Positions 9,183-18,469 of a DNA stretch of 64,000 nt are shown here, in pieces. Position numbers and translations under genes: made by a program. Origin of the DNA: Desulfosudaceae bacterium. Lineage in GTDB: Bacteria > Desulfobacterota > Desulfobacteria > Desulfobacterales > Desulfosudaceae. The notes below the pieces were generated by a model that saw nothing but the letters and a program-made list of their open reading frames with translations, did no database searches and was not told the DNA's origin. The stretch's first letter is position 1. Each line of letters starts with the position of its first letter. The stretch covers positions 544,001 through 608,000 of the forward strand of contig CAXXDV010000001.1 in the NCBI GenBank assembly GCA_963674745.2, in the 5' to 3' direction.

Positions 9183-11480
9183 ATGGCTGAAAAAAAAATT
9201 GTCCGCTCGGCATGCCGTATGTGTCACGGGGTCTGCCAGGTCCTGGTTCATATGGAGGGTGACCGGATCGTTAAAATCACCGGTGACAAAGACAGTCCCA
9301 CCAGCAGGGGATATATTTGCGAAAAAGGCCGGGCCTCGGCGGAACTTCTTTATCACCCGGATCGTATTCTTACCCCCCTGCGCCGGAGCGGAAAAAGGGG
9401 GGGGAACAAATGGGAACGAATCTCCTGGGATGAGGCCTATGATTCTTTGGCAGAAAACCTGAACCGTATTCGCAGGGAAAACGGACCGGAATATTTCGGT
9501 ATGCTGCAGGGTACAGGCCGGCCCTATACCGGCTTCACCCAGCGGTTCTGTAATGCCTTCGGCACACCCAACATGACGGGGGTGGCCCATATCTGTTATA
9601 TACCCCGGGTGCTGGCCAGCATGATAACCACCGGTCACAATATCCCTGTCTGCGATATATACGGTTTCGGCGGCGCTTACCCGGAATGTCTCATCTTATG
9701 GGGCTGTAACGTCACTGAAACCGGGGCTTCTGACGGCATGTGCGGGGGTATGGTGCAGCGCGCCATAAATCGTGCCCGTCATGTAATCGTGATCGATCCG
9801 CGCCGTATCCGTCCGGCGGCAAAGGCGGATCACTGGCTGCAGATACGCCCGGGCACGGACGGTGCCCTGGCACTGGCATTTCTAAATGTCATTATTACCG
9901 AAAATCTGTTTGATAAGGAGTTTGTAACCCGCTACACCAAGGGTTTTGACAGGCTTGTTGACCATATCAGGCAATACACACCGGATTGGGCATCGGAAAT
10001 TACACGCATCCCGCCCGAAACCATTCGAATGGTAGCCCGGCTTTACGCCGGCGCTTCATCCTCGGCCATACAATGGGGCAACGCACTGGATATGAGTCAC
10101 TGCAACTTTCAGACTGCCCGGTCGGTTCTGATCCTTTCGGCGATCAGCGGCCATCTTGACGCTCCCGGAGGTGATGTCTTCTGGGTGCCGCCGGAAGGGG
10201 TCAGGCTGAAGTCTCCTTTTGCCAACCCGTTATTCGCGGGGAACCTCTTTCTGCCCTTGAACAAATACCGGCTTGGCTTAGACGGTACTGCTTTCCGGCC
10301 GGACAGGGCAAACTGGACCCTCTGGATTGAGGACCGGATGCTGGGTATGGCGGACCCAATCAGGCGGCTTTTCCTTTCCAGGATTGAAAGGCTGGTTGCC
10401 GACAAACCACTCGGCCCGGCGATCGAACTGATGAACCGGTTGAGACGGCCCCGTTTTCCGTTTACCCATATCATCCATCCGCCTGCATTCTGGCGTTCCA
10501 TCGTCAGCGGAAACCCCTATCGGCTCAAAGGCCTCTGGATTATGGGGTCCAACCCCCTGATTACCATGACCCATTCCGAAGATATCGAAAAAAGTCTGAA
10601 ACTGCTGAAGTACATTGTTGTTTCCGATTTTTTCATGACACCCACCGCCCAATACGCGGACCTGTTTCTGCCGTCTTCGACCTGGCTGGAACGTGAGGAT
10701 GTGGTCAATATGCATAAAAACTGGTGCGTGACCGCCCAAGTGCCGGTAACACGGGTCGGGGACACCAAAGACGATCGCGAGGTAATAATCCAGGTCGCGC
10801 GACGGCTGGGGTTGACCCGGGCTTTCCCCTGGGATAACTATCGTAGATTTCTGGATTGGATGCTGGCGGATGCCGGGATGAATTTTGAGCAGTTCAGTGA
10901 AACAGGCATCCTTACCGGGGACATGCGATACTGGAAGTATAAGGATGATGGATTCCCTACGCCTTCTGGTAAGTTTGAAATATACTCGAGAATGCTTAAA
11001 AGGCAGGGCGTTTCTCCGCTACCGGTGTATCGGGAACCGCCACACTCTCCGCAGGCATCGCCGGAGGTGGCGTCAGATTATCCCTTTATCCTGATCGGCG
11101 GTACCAAAAACCGGTATTTCTTTCACAGTGAAGGACGCCAGATAAAATCCTTGAGAAAACGCAACCCTGACCCGCTTCTGGAAATACACCCCAAGACGGC
11201 TACAAAACTCGATATAGCAGATGGCGACTGGGTCTGGGTTGAAACACCGCGCGGTCGTATTAAAATGAAGGCCCTGCTGACGGAAAAACTGGCCGAGGAT
11301 GTTGTTTGCGCGCAGTATGGATGGTGGTTTCCGGAAACCGCATCGCCGGATTACAACTGGCAACGATCAAATGTAAACCGGTTGTTCGGAGAGACACAGT
11401 TTGATCCGGACACAGGCTCTGAATGCCTGAAAAGCGCCCTGTGCAAGGTTTATCCGGCCAGCCCGGACGGTTCTGATTGA
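9183..11480 (+). CDS. Cytoplasmic Mo/W-bisPGD oxidoreductase (acetylene hydratase-like clade of the DMSO reductase family)
   Basis: CRMCHGVC...ICEKG [4Fe-4S] motif, DPRR, PGTDGALAL, ADLFLP, C-terminal EIHPKTA..LDIADGD. No Tat signal; start placed at ATG 9183. Confidence 0.85.
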   Translation: MAEKKIVRSACRMCHGVCQVLVHMEGDRIVKITGDKDSPTSRGYICEKGRASAELLYHPDRILTPLRRSGKRGGNKWERISWDEAYDSLAENLNRIRRENGPEYFGMLQGTGRPYTGFTQRFCNAFGTPNMTGVAHICYIPRVLASMITTGHNIPVCDIYGFGGAYPECLILWGCNVTETGASDGMCGGMVQRAINRARHVIVIDPRRIRPAAKADHWLQIRPGTDGALALAFLNVIITENLFDKEFVTRYTKGFDRLVDHIRQYTPDWASEITRIPPETIRMVARLYAGASSSAIQWGNALDMSHCNFQTARSVLILSAISGHLDAPGGDVFWVPPEGVRLKSPFANPLFAGNLFLPLNKYRLGLDGTAFRPDRANWTLWIEDRMLGMADPIRRLFLSRIERLVADKPLGPAIELMNRLRRPRFPFTHIIHPPAFWRSIVSGNPYRLKGLWIMGSNPLITMTHSEDIEKSLKLLKYIVVSDFFMTPTAQYADLFLPSSTWLEREDVVNMHKNWCVTAQVPVTRVGDTKDDREVIIQVARRLGLTRAFPWDNYRRFLDWMLADAGMNFEQFSETGILTGDMRYWKYKDDGFPTPSGKFEIYSRMLKRQGVSPLPVYREPPHSPQASPEVASDYPFILIGGTKNRYFFHSEGRQIKSLRKRNPDPLLEIHPKTATKLDIADGDWVWVETPRGRIKMKALLTEKLAEDVVCAQYGWWFPETASPDYNWQRSNVNRLFGETQFDPDTGSECLKSALCKVYPASPDGSD

Positions 11481-11517
11481 GTCCGAATTGTTCGATACCG
11501 ACAGAAACGGGTTAAAG

Positions 11518-11796
11518 ATGCGATTTGATTATCATAGCCACAGGCACATGCAAACAAAGTTCATTGTTTTGCATCCTGAAAAATGTGAAGCCTGCGGAGA
11601 ATGTATCAAGGCTTGCCCGAATAATGTGATTGGCATGGTGGATATAAAAGTTCATAAACACGCGCATATTGATAACCCTGATTTATGCAAGGGATGCAGG
11701 AAATGCATCAAAGCCTGTCCAGATGGCGCCTTGACTGCGAAATTACAAAAGGGAAAAAGACGAAGCCCGAAATCAAGACAGAATCTCCATCATTGA
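11518..11796 (+). CDS. 2x[4Fe-4S] ferredoxin
   Basis: CEACGECIKACP and CKGCRKCIKACP; start uncertain (11518 or 11548). Confidence 0.85.
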   Translation: MRFDYHSHRHMQTKFIVLHPEKCEACGECIKACPNNVIGMVDIKVHKHAHIDNPDLCKGCRKCIKACPDGALTAKLQKGKRRSPKSRQNLHH

Positions 11797-12031
11797 AAAA
11801 CAGGCCTTACCGTGTATATCCGGTTTTCCACAGCCCATCCTGAATGAATCGGATTTGTTTGATACAGAAATTTCATAAAAACACATGAAATAACACGTAA
11901 AGGACAATATCCGAGTCCATGATATATATCTGCTGAACATTGTTTTAGGTCCAATTATCACCCCCCCCATAATTTAAATATCTTAAATAACAATAATTTA
12001 TACAAAAATAAACCGCGCTAACATTTTTTTG

Positions 12032-12087
12032 TTGACATCTATTTCCGGCATGATACTATATAATACAAAACAGTATAGTTCAGTATT
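12032..12087 (+). promoter_or_regulatory. sigma70 promoter of the CoA-catabolic operon with downstream operator
   Basis: TTGACA, 16 bp, extended -10 TGaTACTAT, then imperfect palindrome AATACAAAACAGTATAGTTCAGTATT; AAGGAGG RBS before 12111. Confidence 0.7.
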
Positions 12088-12110
12088 AAATAAAAAATTT
12101 CAAGGAGGTA

Positions 12111-13295
12111 ATGATGAGCAGAGGCAAAATAGCAATTGTCGGAATCGGAGAGGTGCCCACCCGGATCATGCCGGAACGTACCCGGTGGGACATTCTTTAT
12201 GATGTCTGCATGCAGGCGGTACGGGACTCCGGCCTGGACAAGAATGACATCGAGGCGGTCATCAATGTTGCGCCGCAGGCGCAGCCCAAACTGGCTGCAG
12301 AACTGTCCTTCGGTAAACTGCCGGAAGAACTCGGCTTGAAGGGGTGCCGGGATACCAGTGTCTGCAATGCGGGCGGCGCCAGCACCAGCAACTGCATCCG
12401 GCTGGCCGAGCAGTATATCAATACCGGCGTGGCCAAAGCCGTATTAATTCCCCACGTAACCGTTCATTCCACCATTCCTATAGAAGATCAGATCAATTTT
12501 TTTGCCAAAGCCGGGGTGGACATGCAATGGGAGTATCCCTTCGGCACCACCTACAACATTCTCATGGGCATGATGGCCAACCGTTACATGCATGAAACCG
12601 GGGCTAAACCGGAAGACATGGCCTCTGTCGTCACCGCTTTGCGCAGCTGGGCGTCCAGGGATCCCAACTCCTTTTTTTATCAGAAAAAGGTCCCCACGCC
12701 GGAAATGGTGTTGGAATCCTCTTTATTGAATACGCCGCTTCACAAAAGAGAGAGCAACATTCTCTGCGACGGCGGCAGCGCCATGGTGATTGTTTCCGCT
12801 GAAGACGCGGCAACAATGAACAAGCCTGTGGCCTGCAAGATGGGCGAATCGGTTCGGTACTTCAGCGGCACACCGGTGCTGCGTGATTTTCACAAGGTGG
12901 CCGAGGGACTGATGATGACCGGCCTGGAAGCCCTGGAGGAAGCGGGTGTAACCAAGGATGACATTGACCTCTGGAATATCTACATGGCCTATCCCATGAA
13001 TCATCCCATCATGGCCGAGGCGCTGGGGGTGGCCCCCATAGGAGAAGGAGCCAAGTATTTCGCGGAAGGCAGAATGTCGTTCGGCGGCGATATACCCTGG
13101 TCCACCATCGGTGACGCCCCGGGGCGGGGCCACACCGGCTCCGGCGTCAGCACGGCCATGTACGTGGAAACTGCCAGGCAGCTGATGGGCAAGGCGGGAG
13201 AAAGACAGGTCAAGGACTGCCGTTACGTATTTCAGAACACCGCCGGCGGTTCAGGCTTTAACAATATCGCAACCGTTTGGGGAAAGGAGATATAA
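12111..13295 (+). CDS. Thiolase-fold protein (SCP-x/Ltp2/PhlC-like) lacking the canonical acylated Cys
   Basis: IAIVGIGE, NAGGAS in place of N(A)CAS, CDGGSAMVIVSAE, VETARQLMGKAGERQV. Confidence 0.8.
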   Translation: MMSRGKIAIVGIGEVPTRIMPERTRWDILYDVCMQAVRDSGLDKNDIEAVINVAPQAQPKLAAELSFGKLPEELGLKGCRDTSVCNAGGASTSNCIRLAEQYINTGVAKAVLIPHVTVHSTIPIEDQINFFAKAGVDMQWEYPFGTTYNILMGMMANRYMHETGAKPEDMASVVTALRSWASRDPNSFFYQKKVPTPEMVLESSLLNTPLHKRESNILCDGGSAMVIVSAEDAATMNKPVACKMGESVRYFSGTPVLRDFHKVAEGLMMTGLEALEEAGVTKDDIDLWNIYMAYPMNHPIMAEALGVAPIGEGAKYFAEGRMSFGGDIPWSTIGDAPGRGHTGSGVSTAMYVETARQLMGKAGERQVKDCRYVFQNTAGGSGFNNIATVWGKEI

Positions 13296-13297
13296 TT

Positions 13298-13720
13298 ATG
13301 GATATTCAATTTGATATGACCCGGCCGCTGCCTGAGACACAACCCTGGTCTGAAAAATTCTGGGAAGGCGCCAGAGAAGGCAAGTTGCTTGTCCAGCACT
13401 GTAAGGACTGTAACGTCAACATATTTTATCCGCGGAAAGTCTGCCCGGACTGCTGGTCGGAAAACCTGGACTGGATCGAGTCCAGCGGTAAAGCCAGGGT
13501 GTACATGTTTTCAACCGCTTACGACATGGTGGAACCCAAGTTCATGGAAGACCTGCCCTACACGGTGGCGTACGTCGACCTGGAAGAAGGGGTCCGCATG
13601 ATGACCCGCATTGTGGAATGTGACCCGGAAGACATCCATATCGACATGGATATGGAAGTGGTTTTCCACAAATTGAACGACGATTATTATCTGCCGTATT
13701 TCAAACCGGTCAATAAATAA
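13298..13720 (+). CDS. DUF35 Zn-ribbon/OB-fold protein (ChsH2/PhlB-like)
   Basis: FWEGAREGKLLVQHCKDC...YPRKVCPDC, PYTVAYVDLEEGVRM. Confidence 0.9.
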   Translation: MDIQFDMTRPLPETQPWSEKFWEGAREGKLLVQHCKDCNVNIFYPRKVCPDCWSENLDWIESSGKARVYMFSTAYDMVEPKFMEDLPYTVAYVDLEEGVRMMTRIVECDPEDIHIDMDMEVVFHKLNDDYYLPYFKPVNK

Positions 13721-13730
13721 GGAGACCGTT

Positions 13731-14555
13731 ATGGGTGCTTATAAAACCATTCTATATGAAGTCGCCGGTCCGGTCTGCAGGATCACCATGAACCGTCCGG
13801 ACAAGCGCAACGCCATTGACCGCCAGATGGCTGAAGAGCTCCTGGATGCGTTCCGCCGGGTGAGAGACATCCCGGAGGTCGGCGTTGTCGTGTTTGGCGG
13901 CGCCGGTAAATCCTTTTGTACCGGCGGCGATCTTTCCATCTTTCCCTCTCTTTCCGAACATGCCAATTCCCTGAACTGGCTGGCCCATGACGGCCTGGAC
14001 ATCCAGCGCGCCATCACCAGCTGCGAGAAAGTCGTGGTCGGTAAGATCAGCGGACATTGCCTGGCCGGCGGCCTGGAACTGGCCCTGGCCTGTGACCTGC
14101 TTTATGCCAGTGCTTCCGCAAAAATCGGCACCACGGAAATCAACATGGGCATTCTTCCCGGATGGGGCGGCACCGCCAGGATCGTCAGGAGCCTGCCCGT
14201 TTTCAGGGCCAGGGAAATTATATACAGCGGCCGGAAAGACTACACCGCCGGTGAGATGTACGAGATGGGTCTGCTGACAAGGGTTTTCCCGGATGATGAG
14301 TTTGAGGACAAGTTCGAGCAGGTCGTTGCCAACCTCAGCATGAAAAAACCCGTCGCGCTGCGCATGGCCAAAGAGGTCATGGCCAAATCCGAAGAGTGCG
14401 GCAGCCTGGAGACAGCCCTGGCCATGGAACGGAATGCCATCCAGTGGCTGATCTATTCGCCTGATATCCAGCAGATCATGGACGGTTTTCGGCAGGACCC
14501 GGATCAGTTGACAAAAATCCAGAAGCAGATGAACAAGGCCACGGATATCAAATAA
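13731..14555 (+). CDS. Enoyl-CoA hydratase/isomerase (crotonase)
   Basis: MNRPDKRNA, FCTGGDL, AGGLELALACD, TEINMGILPGWGGT; both catalytic Glu present. Confidence 0.9.
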   Translation: MGAYKTILYEVAGPVCRITMNRPDKRNAIDRQMAEELLDAFRRVRDIPEVGVVVFGGAGKSFCTGGDLSIFPSLSEHANSLNWLAHDGLDIQRAITSCEKVVVGKISGHCLAGGLELALACDLLYASASAKIGTTEINMGILPGWGGTARIVRSLPVFRAREIIYSGRKDYTAGEMYEMGLLTRVFPDDEFEDKFEQVVANLSMKKPVALRMAKEVMAKSEECGSLETALAMERNAIQWLIYSPDIQQIMDGFRQDPDQLTKIQKQMNKATDIK

Positions 14556-14568
14556 CAGGAGTAAAAAC

Positions 14569-15747
14569 ATGGATTTTGGATTTACAAAAGAGCAGGAGAT
14601 GATTCGAAAGGAAGCCACCCGGTTCTGCAAAAAAGAGCTTAACAAAGAATATGTCGGATGGATGGACGAAAATGTCGATTTCCCGCCGGACGAACTCTGG
14701 GCCAAATTCGTTGACCTGGGCGTTTTCAAAGCGAACCTGCCAAAAGAATACGGCGGAGATCAAATCGGTATGGTCGATGGCATGATCCTCTATGAGCAAT
14801 TGTGCAAGGCGTCCATGTCAGTGGCGCTGGCGCTGGGTACGACCATTGGTTTCGGCACCCGCTTTATTGCCGAACTGGGCACCAAAGCGCAGAAAGATGA
14901 GTACCTCCCGCTGATCGGCGAAGGACAGCTGAAAACCTGCATGGCTTTGACCGAACCGGCCGGCGGAACCGATATCCTGGGCGCCCTGTCAACCACCGCA
15001 GAAGAAAAAGAAGGCCGGTGGGTGTTAAACGGTGAAAAGGTCTTTATCACCGGCGCTCATGCGTCAGACTACATGATCACCATCTGCCGCACGGAAAAGG
15101 ACGCCAAACCGAGCGAATCGCTGTCCACGTTTATGGTCCCGGCCAATTCAAAAGGGATCACCATCAGCCGTATTCCCAAGATAAGCTGCCACCACTGTGA
15201 TTCCGTGGGCATTACTTTCAGTAACGTGGAAATTCCCAGGGAAAACATCCTGGGAACCCGCGGCAACGCCTGGTACGAGATGCTGGCGATTATCAACCCG
15301 GAACGTATCGGGTGCGCCATGATGGGCGTCGGCCTGATCGCGGCTGCCTATGAAGACGCGTTTGAATACGTGAAGCAGCGGCATGCTTTTGGCGGCCCCA
15401 TCGGCCGGTTTCAGATCCTCCAGCACTACCTGGCGGACATATACGTCAACCTGGAAAACTCCCGGAACCTGACCTACAAGGCCGCCTGGCTTTGCGACAG
15501 CGGCCGGGACTATCACATGGAGGCGACCATGGCCAAGCTGGTGGCTTCCGAAGGGGCGCTCCATGCCGGGCGTTACGGCGCCGAGATCCTGGGCGGCTAC
15601 GGCATCTGCAGCGAATACCCCATGCAGCGCTATTTGAGAGATGCCTATCAGCTCCAGTTTTCCCCCATCTCCAACGAGATGAGCAAGAACATGATGATGC
15701 AGTTTCAGGGATTGCCCAAGTCATGGTCGGGAAGAGGAGCATTATAA
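14569..15747 (+). CDS. Acyl-CoA dehydrogenase
   Basis: ALTEPAGGTD, LNGEKVFITGA, RHAFGGPIGRFQ, ILGGYG. Confidence 0.92.
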   Translation: MDFGFTKEQEMIRKEATRFCKKELNKEYVGWMDENVDFPPDELWAKFVDLGVFKANLPKEYGGDQIGMVDGMILYEQLCKASMSVALALGTTIGFGTRFIAELGTKAQKDEYLPLIGEGQLKTCMALTEPAGGTDILGALSTTAEEKEGRWVLNGEKVFITGAHASDYMITICRTEKDAKPSESLSTFMVPANSKGITISRIPKISCHHCDSVGITFSNVEIPRENILGTRGNAWYEMLAIINPERIGCAMMGVGLIAAAYEDAFEYVKQRHAFGGPIGRFQILQHYLADIYVNLENSRNLTYKAAWLCDSGRDYHMEATMAKLVASEGALHAGRYGAEILGGYGICSEYPMQRYLRDAYQLQFSPISNEMSKNMMMQFQGLPKSWSGRGAL

Positions 15748-15780
15748 CGGACAAACCTCGGTAATGGAGGAAACCACGAA

Positions 15781-17364
15781 ATGTATAGACTCGGTGATAT
15801 TCCTTATTATGGCGCTGTTCATTTTTCAGACCGGGAAGCACTCGTTTTTGAAGGAGCGCGGCTGACTTATAAAGAGCTGAATGCCAGGGTAAACCGGCTG
15901 GCCAATGCACTGGTTGGCCTGGGCTGCAAAAAAGGCGATCATCTGGCTGTTCTGGCCGACAACTGCACAAAATATATGGAGATATACTTTGCCGCCGCCA
16001 AAATCGGTATAGCCGTCTGTCCCCAGAACTACCGCCTGTCCGACCAGGAACTGGAATATGTCATCAATCACGGTGAAGCGACAATTTTTATTGTCGGTGA
16101 CGGGTTTGAAGAAAAAACCCTGCAGCTGAAAAACAACCTGTCCCTGATCAGCACCTGGATCTCCCTGGATAACAGGCTGGAAGGGTTCCTGGATTACGAG
16201 GATCTGCTGCAGAACGCTTCCGAAGAAGAGCCCGATCCCGAACGGCATGATGTCAGGGAAAGCGATCTGGCCGTCCTGATGTACACCGGGGGGACAACCG
16301 GCCTGCCCAAGGGCGTCATGCTTTCCCACCGGAACATGATGACGGCCGCCATCACCAATGCCATGATCATTGCCACGGAATTCCCGTCCCTGGAACCGGG
16401 CACCCCTTTTTCCACCTGTTACGTGCTGCCGGTTTTTCATGTTTCTCTGTGGCCTGTCACGGCGGCGTTGATGGTGGGCGGCAAGGTCGTCATTAATCGA
16501 AAAATGGATCTGGGTGAAATTTTACGATTAATCCAGGATGAAAAATGCGCCCATATGAACCTGGTCCCCACGATTTACGGCTGGCTGATTGATTTCGCGG
16601 ACACGGATAAATTCGACCTGTCCAGCCTGATCTCACTTTCCTACGCGGGCAGCCCGTTTCCGCCGGAAGTCCTTAAAAAATGCATCAGGAAGTTCGGCAA
16701 TATTTTCTCCCAGGGTTACGGCGCCACGGAAACCGCCGGCGCGCCGATTACCGTATTCAGTTACCAGGAGCATGCCCTTGAAGGGCCGGAATCCAGGCGC
16801 CTGACCAGCGCCGGCAGAATCGCACCCTGTTCCAGAATAAAAATCGTGAACGAAACAGATCACCAGCTTGCAAACGGTGAGTGGGGAGAAATCTGCGTCA
16901 AGGGCGAACACATCATGACCGGGTACTGGAAAAATCCCGAAGCAACCGAAAGGGCCTTGAAAGACGGATGGTACCACACCGGTGATATGGGTTTTATGGA
17001 TGACGACGGATATGTCTTCATGACCGACCGCAAGACGGACATGATTATATCGGGCGGGGAAAATGTTTACCCCAAGGAAACAGAGGATGTCCTCTATGAA
17101 CACCCGGCGGTTGCCGAGTGCGCGGTTGTTTCCGCCCCTGATCCCAAATGGGGTGAAACCGTAGCAGCCGTCATCGTTCGTAAACCCGGTGAAAATATTT
17201 CCGGAAAGGAAATTATCGATTTCTGCAAAAAGCGGCTGGCAGGATATAAGTGCCCCAGAATTGTTGAATTCCGGGATGATTTACCCAAATCCATTATCGG
17301 GAAAATATTAAAAAAGGATATCAAGAAACAATTCTGGGAAGGAAAAGAGCGGAAGATCGGATAA
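15781..17364 (+). CDS. AMP-forming acyl/aryl-CoA ligase
   Basis: YTGGTTGLPKG, QGYGATE, WYHTGD, DRKTDMIISGGENVYP, LPKSIIGKILK. Confidence 0.92.
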   Translation: MYRLGDIPYYGAVHFSDREALVFEGARLTYKELNARVNRLANALVGLGCKKGDHLAVLADNCTKYMEIYFAAAKIGIAVCPQNYRLSDQELEYVINHGEATIFIVGDGFEEKTLQLKNNLSLISTWISLDNRLEGFLDYEDLLQNASEEEPDPERHDVRESDLAVLMYTGGTTGLPKGVMLSHRNMMTAAITNAMIIATEFPSLEPGTPFSTCYVLPVFHVSLWPVTAALMVGGKVVINRKMDLGEILRLIQDEKCAHMNLVPTIYGWLIDFADTDKFDLSSLISLSYAGSPFPPEVLKKCIRKFGNIFSQGYGATETAGAPITVFSYQEHALEGPESRRLTSAGRIAPCSRIKIVNETDHQLANGEWGEICVKGEHIMTGYWKNPEATERALKDGWYHTGDMGFMDDDGYVFMTDRKTDMIISGGENVYPKETEDVLYEHPAVAECAVVSAPDPKWGETVAAVIVRKPGENISGKEIIDFCKKRLAGYKCPRIVEFRDDLPKSIIGKILKKDIKKQFWEGKERKIG

Positions 17365-17405
17365 AACGAAAGGCCATCCAACATTTTCACACAAGGAGAC
17401 AGCAC

Positions 17406-18431
17406 ATGAGTCAAGCGTTTGAAAAAGACAATTATTTCAAGATAGACCCGGAAACGCATTTGATCGGTGATATTGACGCGGTTAATCACTTTCCGGGTGT
17501 TCAAATGTGGTGGAAGGCGATAGAGAGCATCAGCCGGCCCATGTTCACGGGTTGCCCGCCGCATATGGTAGCGACCTACCTGGAGGGTATGGAGGAGTGG
17601 GAGGTCGTCAAAAGCGCCGACCCGGCAAACATTATCCGGGCAATGGATAAATACGGTGTTGATATTGCCTGTCTGCTGCCGGAATCCATGATGGATACCA
17701 CCGGTTACAGCAGCCGCTGGTGTACCAACGGTGAAATGGCGAAGGTTGTGGAAACCAACCCGGACCGGTTTATGTATCAGCCCAATTTATCCCCCATAAA
17801 ATTCAAGGGAGTAAACAACACAATCTGGGAACTGGAATACTGGGTCAAAGAGAAGGGCGCCAAAATATTCAAATTCTACGCCCCGGAAGACACCTACATC
17901 AACGACCCCGACCTCTGGCCGTTTTATAAAAAAGCCGAGGAACTGGACATTGTCCTGGATATCCATACCGGTTTTTCCTGGGTGCCGCCGGGCAAGAGCA
18001 AATATGCGCTGCCGATTCTCATTGACGATGTGGCCAGGGATTTTCCAGGGCTGAAAATCAACGCTTTTCATATGGGTTATCCCTATTGTGATGATTTGAA
18101 CATGGTCTCCATGGGCCATCCCAATGTCTACGTCTGTCTCAGTCTTCTTGTACCGTGGGCTGTGACGGCACCCCGCAAATTCGCCCGGATTCTGGGGGAA
18201 GCCATGCGCTGGGTGGGACCGGACAAGATTATCTGGGGTACGGACTACGCCGGGTTCAGCGTTCAGATAAAAGGTGCGGTCCAGGGCTTGAGAGATTTCC
18301 AGATTCCGGAGGACATGCAGGAAGGATACGGCTATCCCCCGATCACGGACGACGACCGGGCCAAAATATTCGGCGGCAACCTGGGCAGGCTGCTGGGCAT
18401 TGATACCACTAAAAGACGAATCAATAATTAA
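17406..18431 (+). CDS. Amidohydrolase_2 family metal-dependent hydrolase/decarboxylase
   Basis: MDKYGVD, DIHTG, FPGLKINAFHMG, GPDKIIWGTDY, IFGGNLGRLL. Confidence 0.85.
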   Translation: MSQAFEKDNYFKIDPETHLIGDIDAVNHFPGVQMWWKAIESISRPMFTGCPPHMVATYLEGMEEWEVVKSADPANIIRAMDKYGVDIACLLPESMMDTTGYSSRWCTNGEMAKVVETNPDRFMYQPNLSPIKFKGVNNTIWELEYWVKEKGAKIFKFYAPEDTYINDPDLWPFYKKAEELDIVLDIHTGFSWVPPGKSKYALPILIDDVARDFPGLKINAFHMGYPYCDDLNMVSMGHPNVYVCLSLLVPWAVTAPRKFARILGEAMRWVGPDKIIWGTDYAGFSVQIKGAVQGLRDFQIPEDMQEGYGYPPITDDDRAKIFGGNLGRLLGIDTTKRRINN

Positions 18432-18469
18432 GGAAACTTTATACATTATATATTTAACAGGAGGATATT

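Noticed and set aside
234..13720. phl (DAPG biosynthesis) cluster from PhlG-, PhlB- and PhlC-like genes
   Set aside because: No PhlA or PhlD (type III PKS), the thiolase lacks the PhlC Cys, and the genes lie in separate operons.
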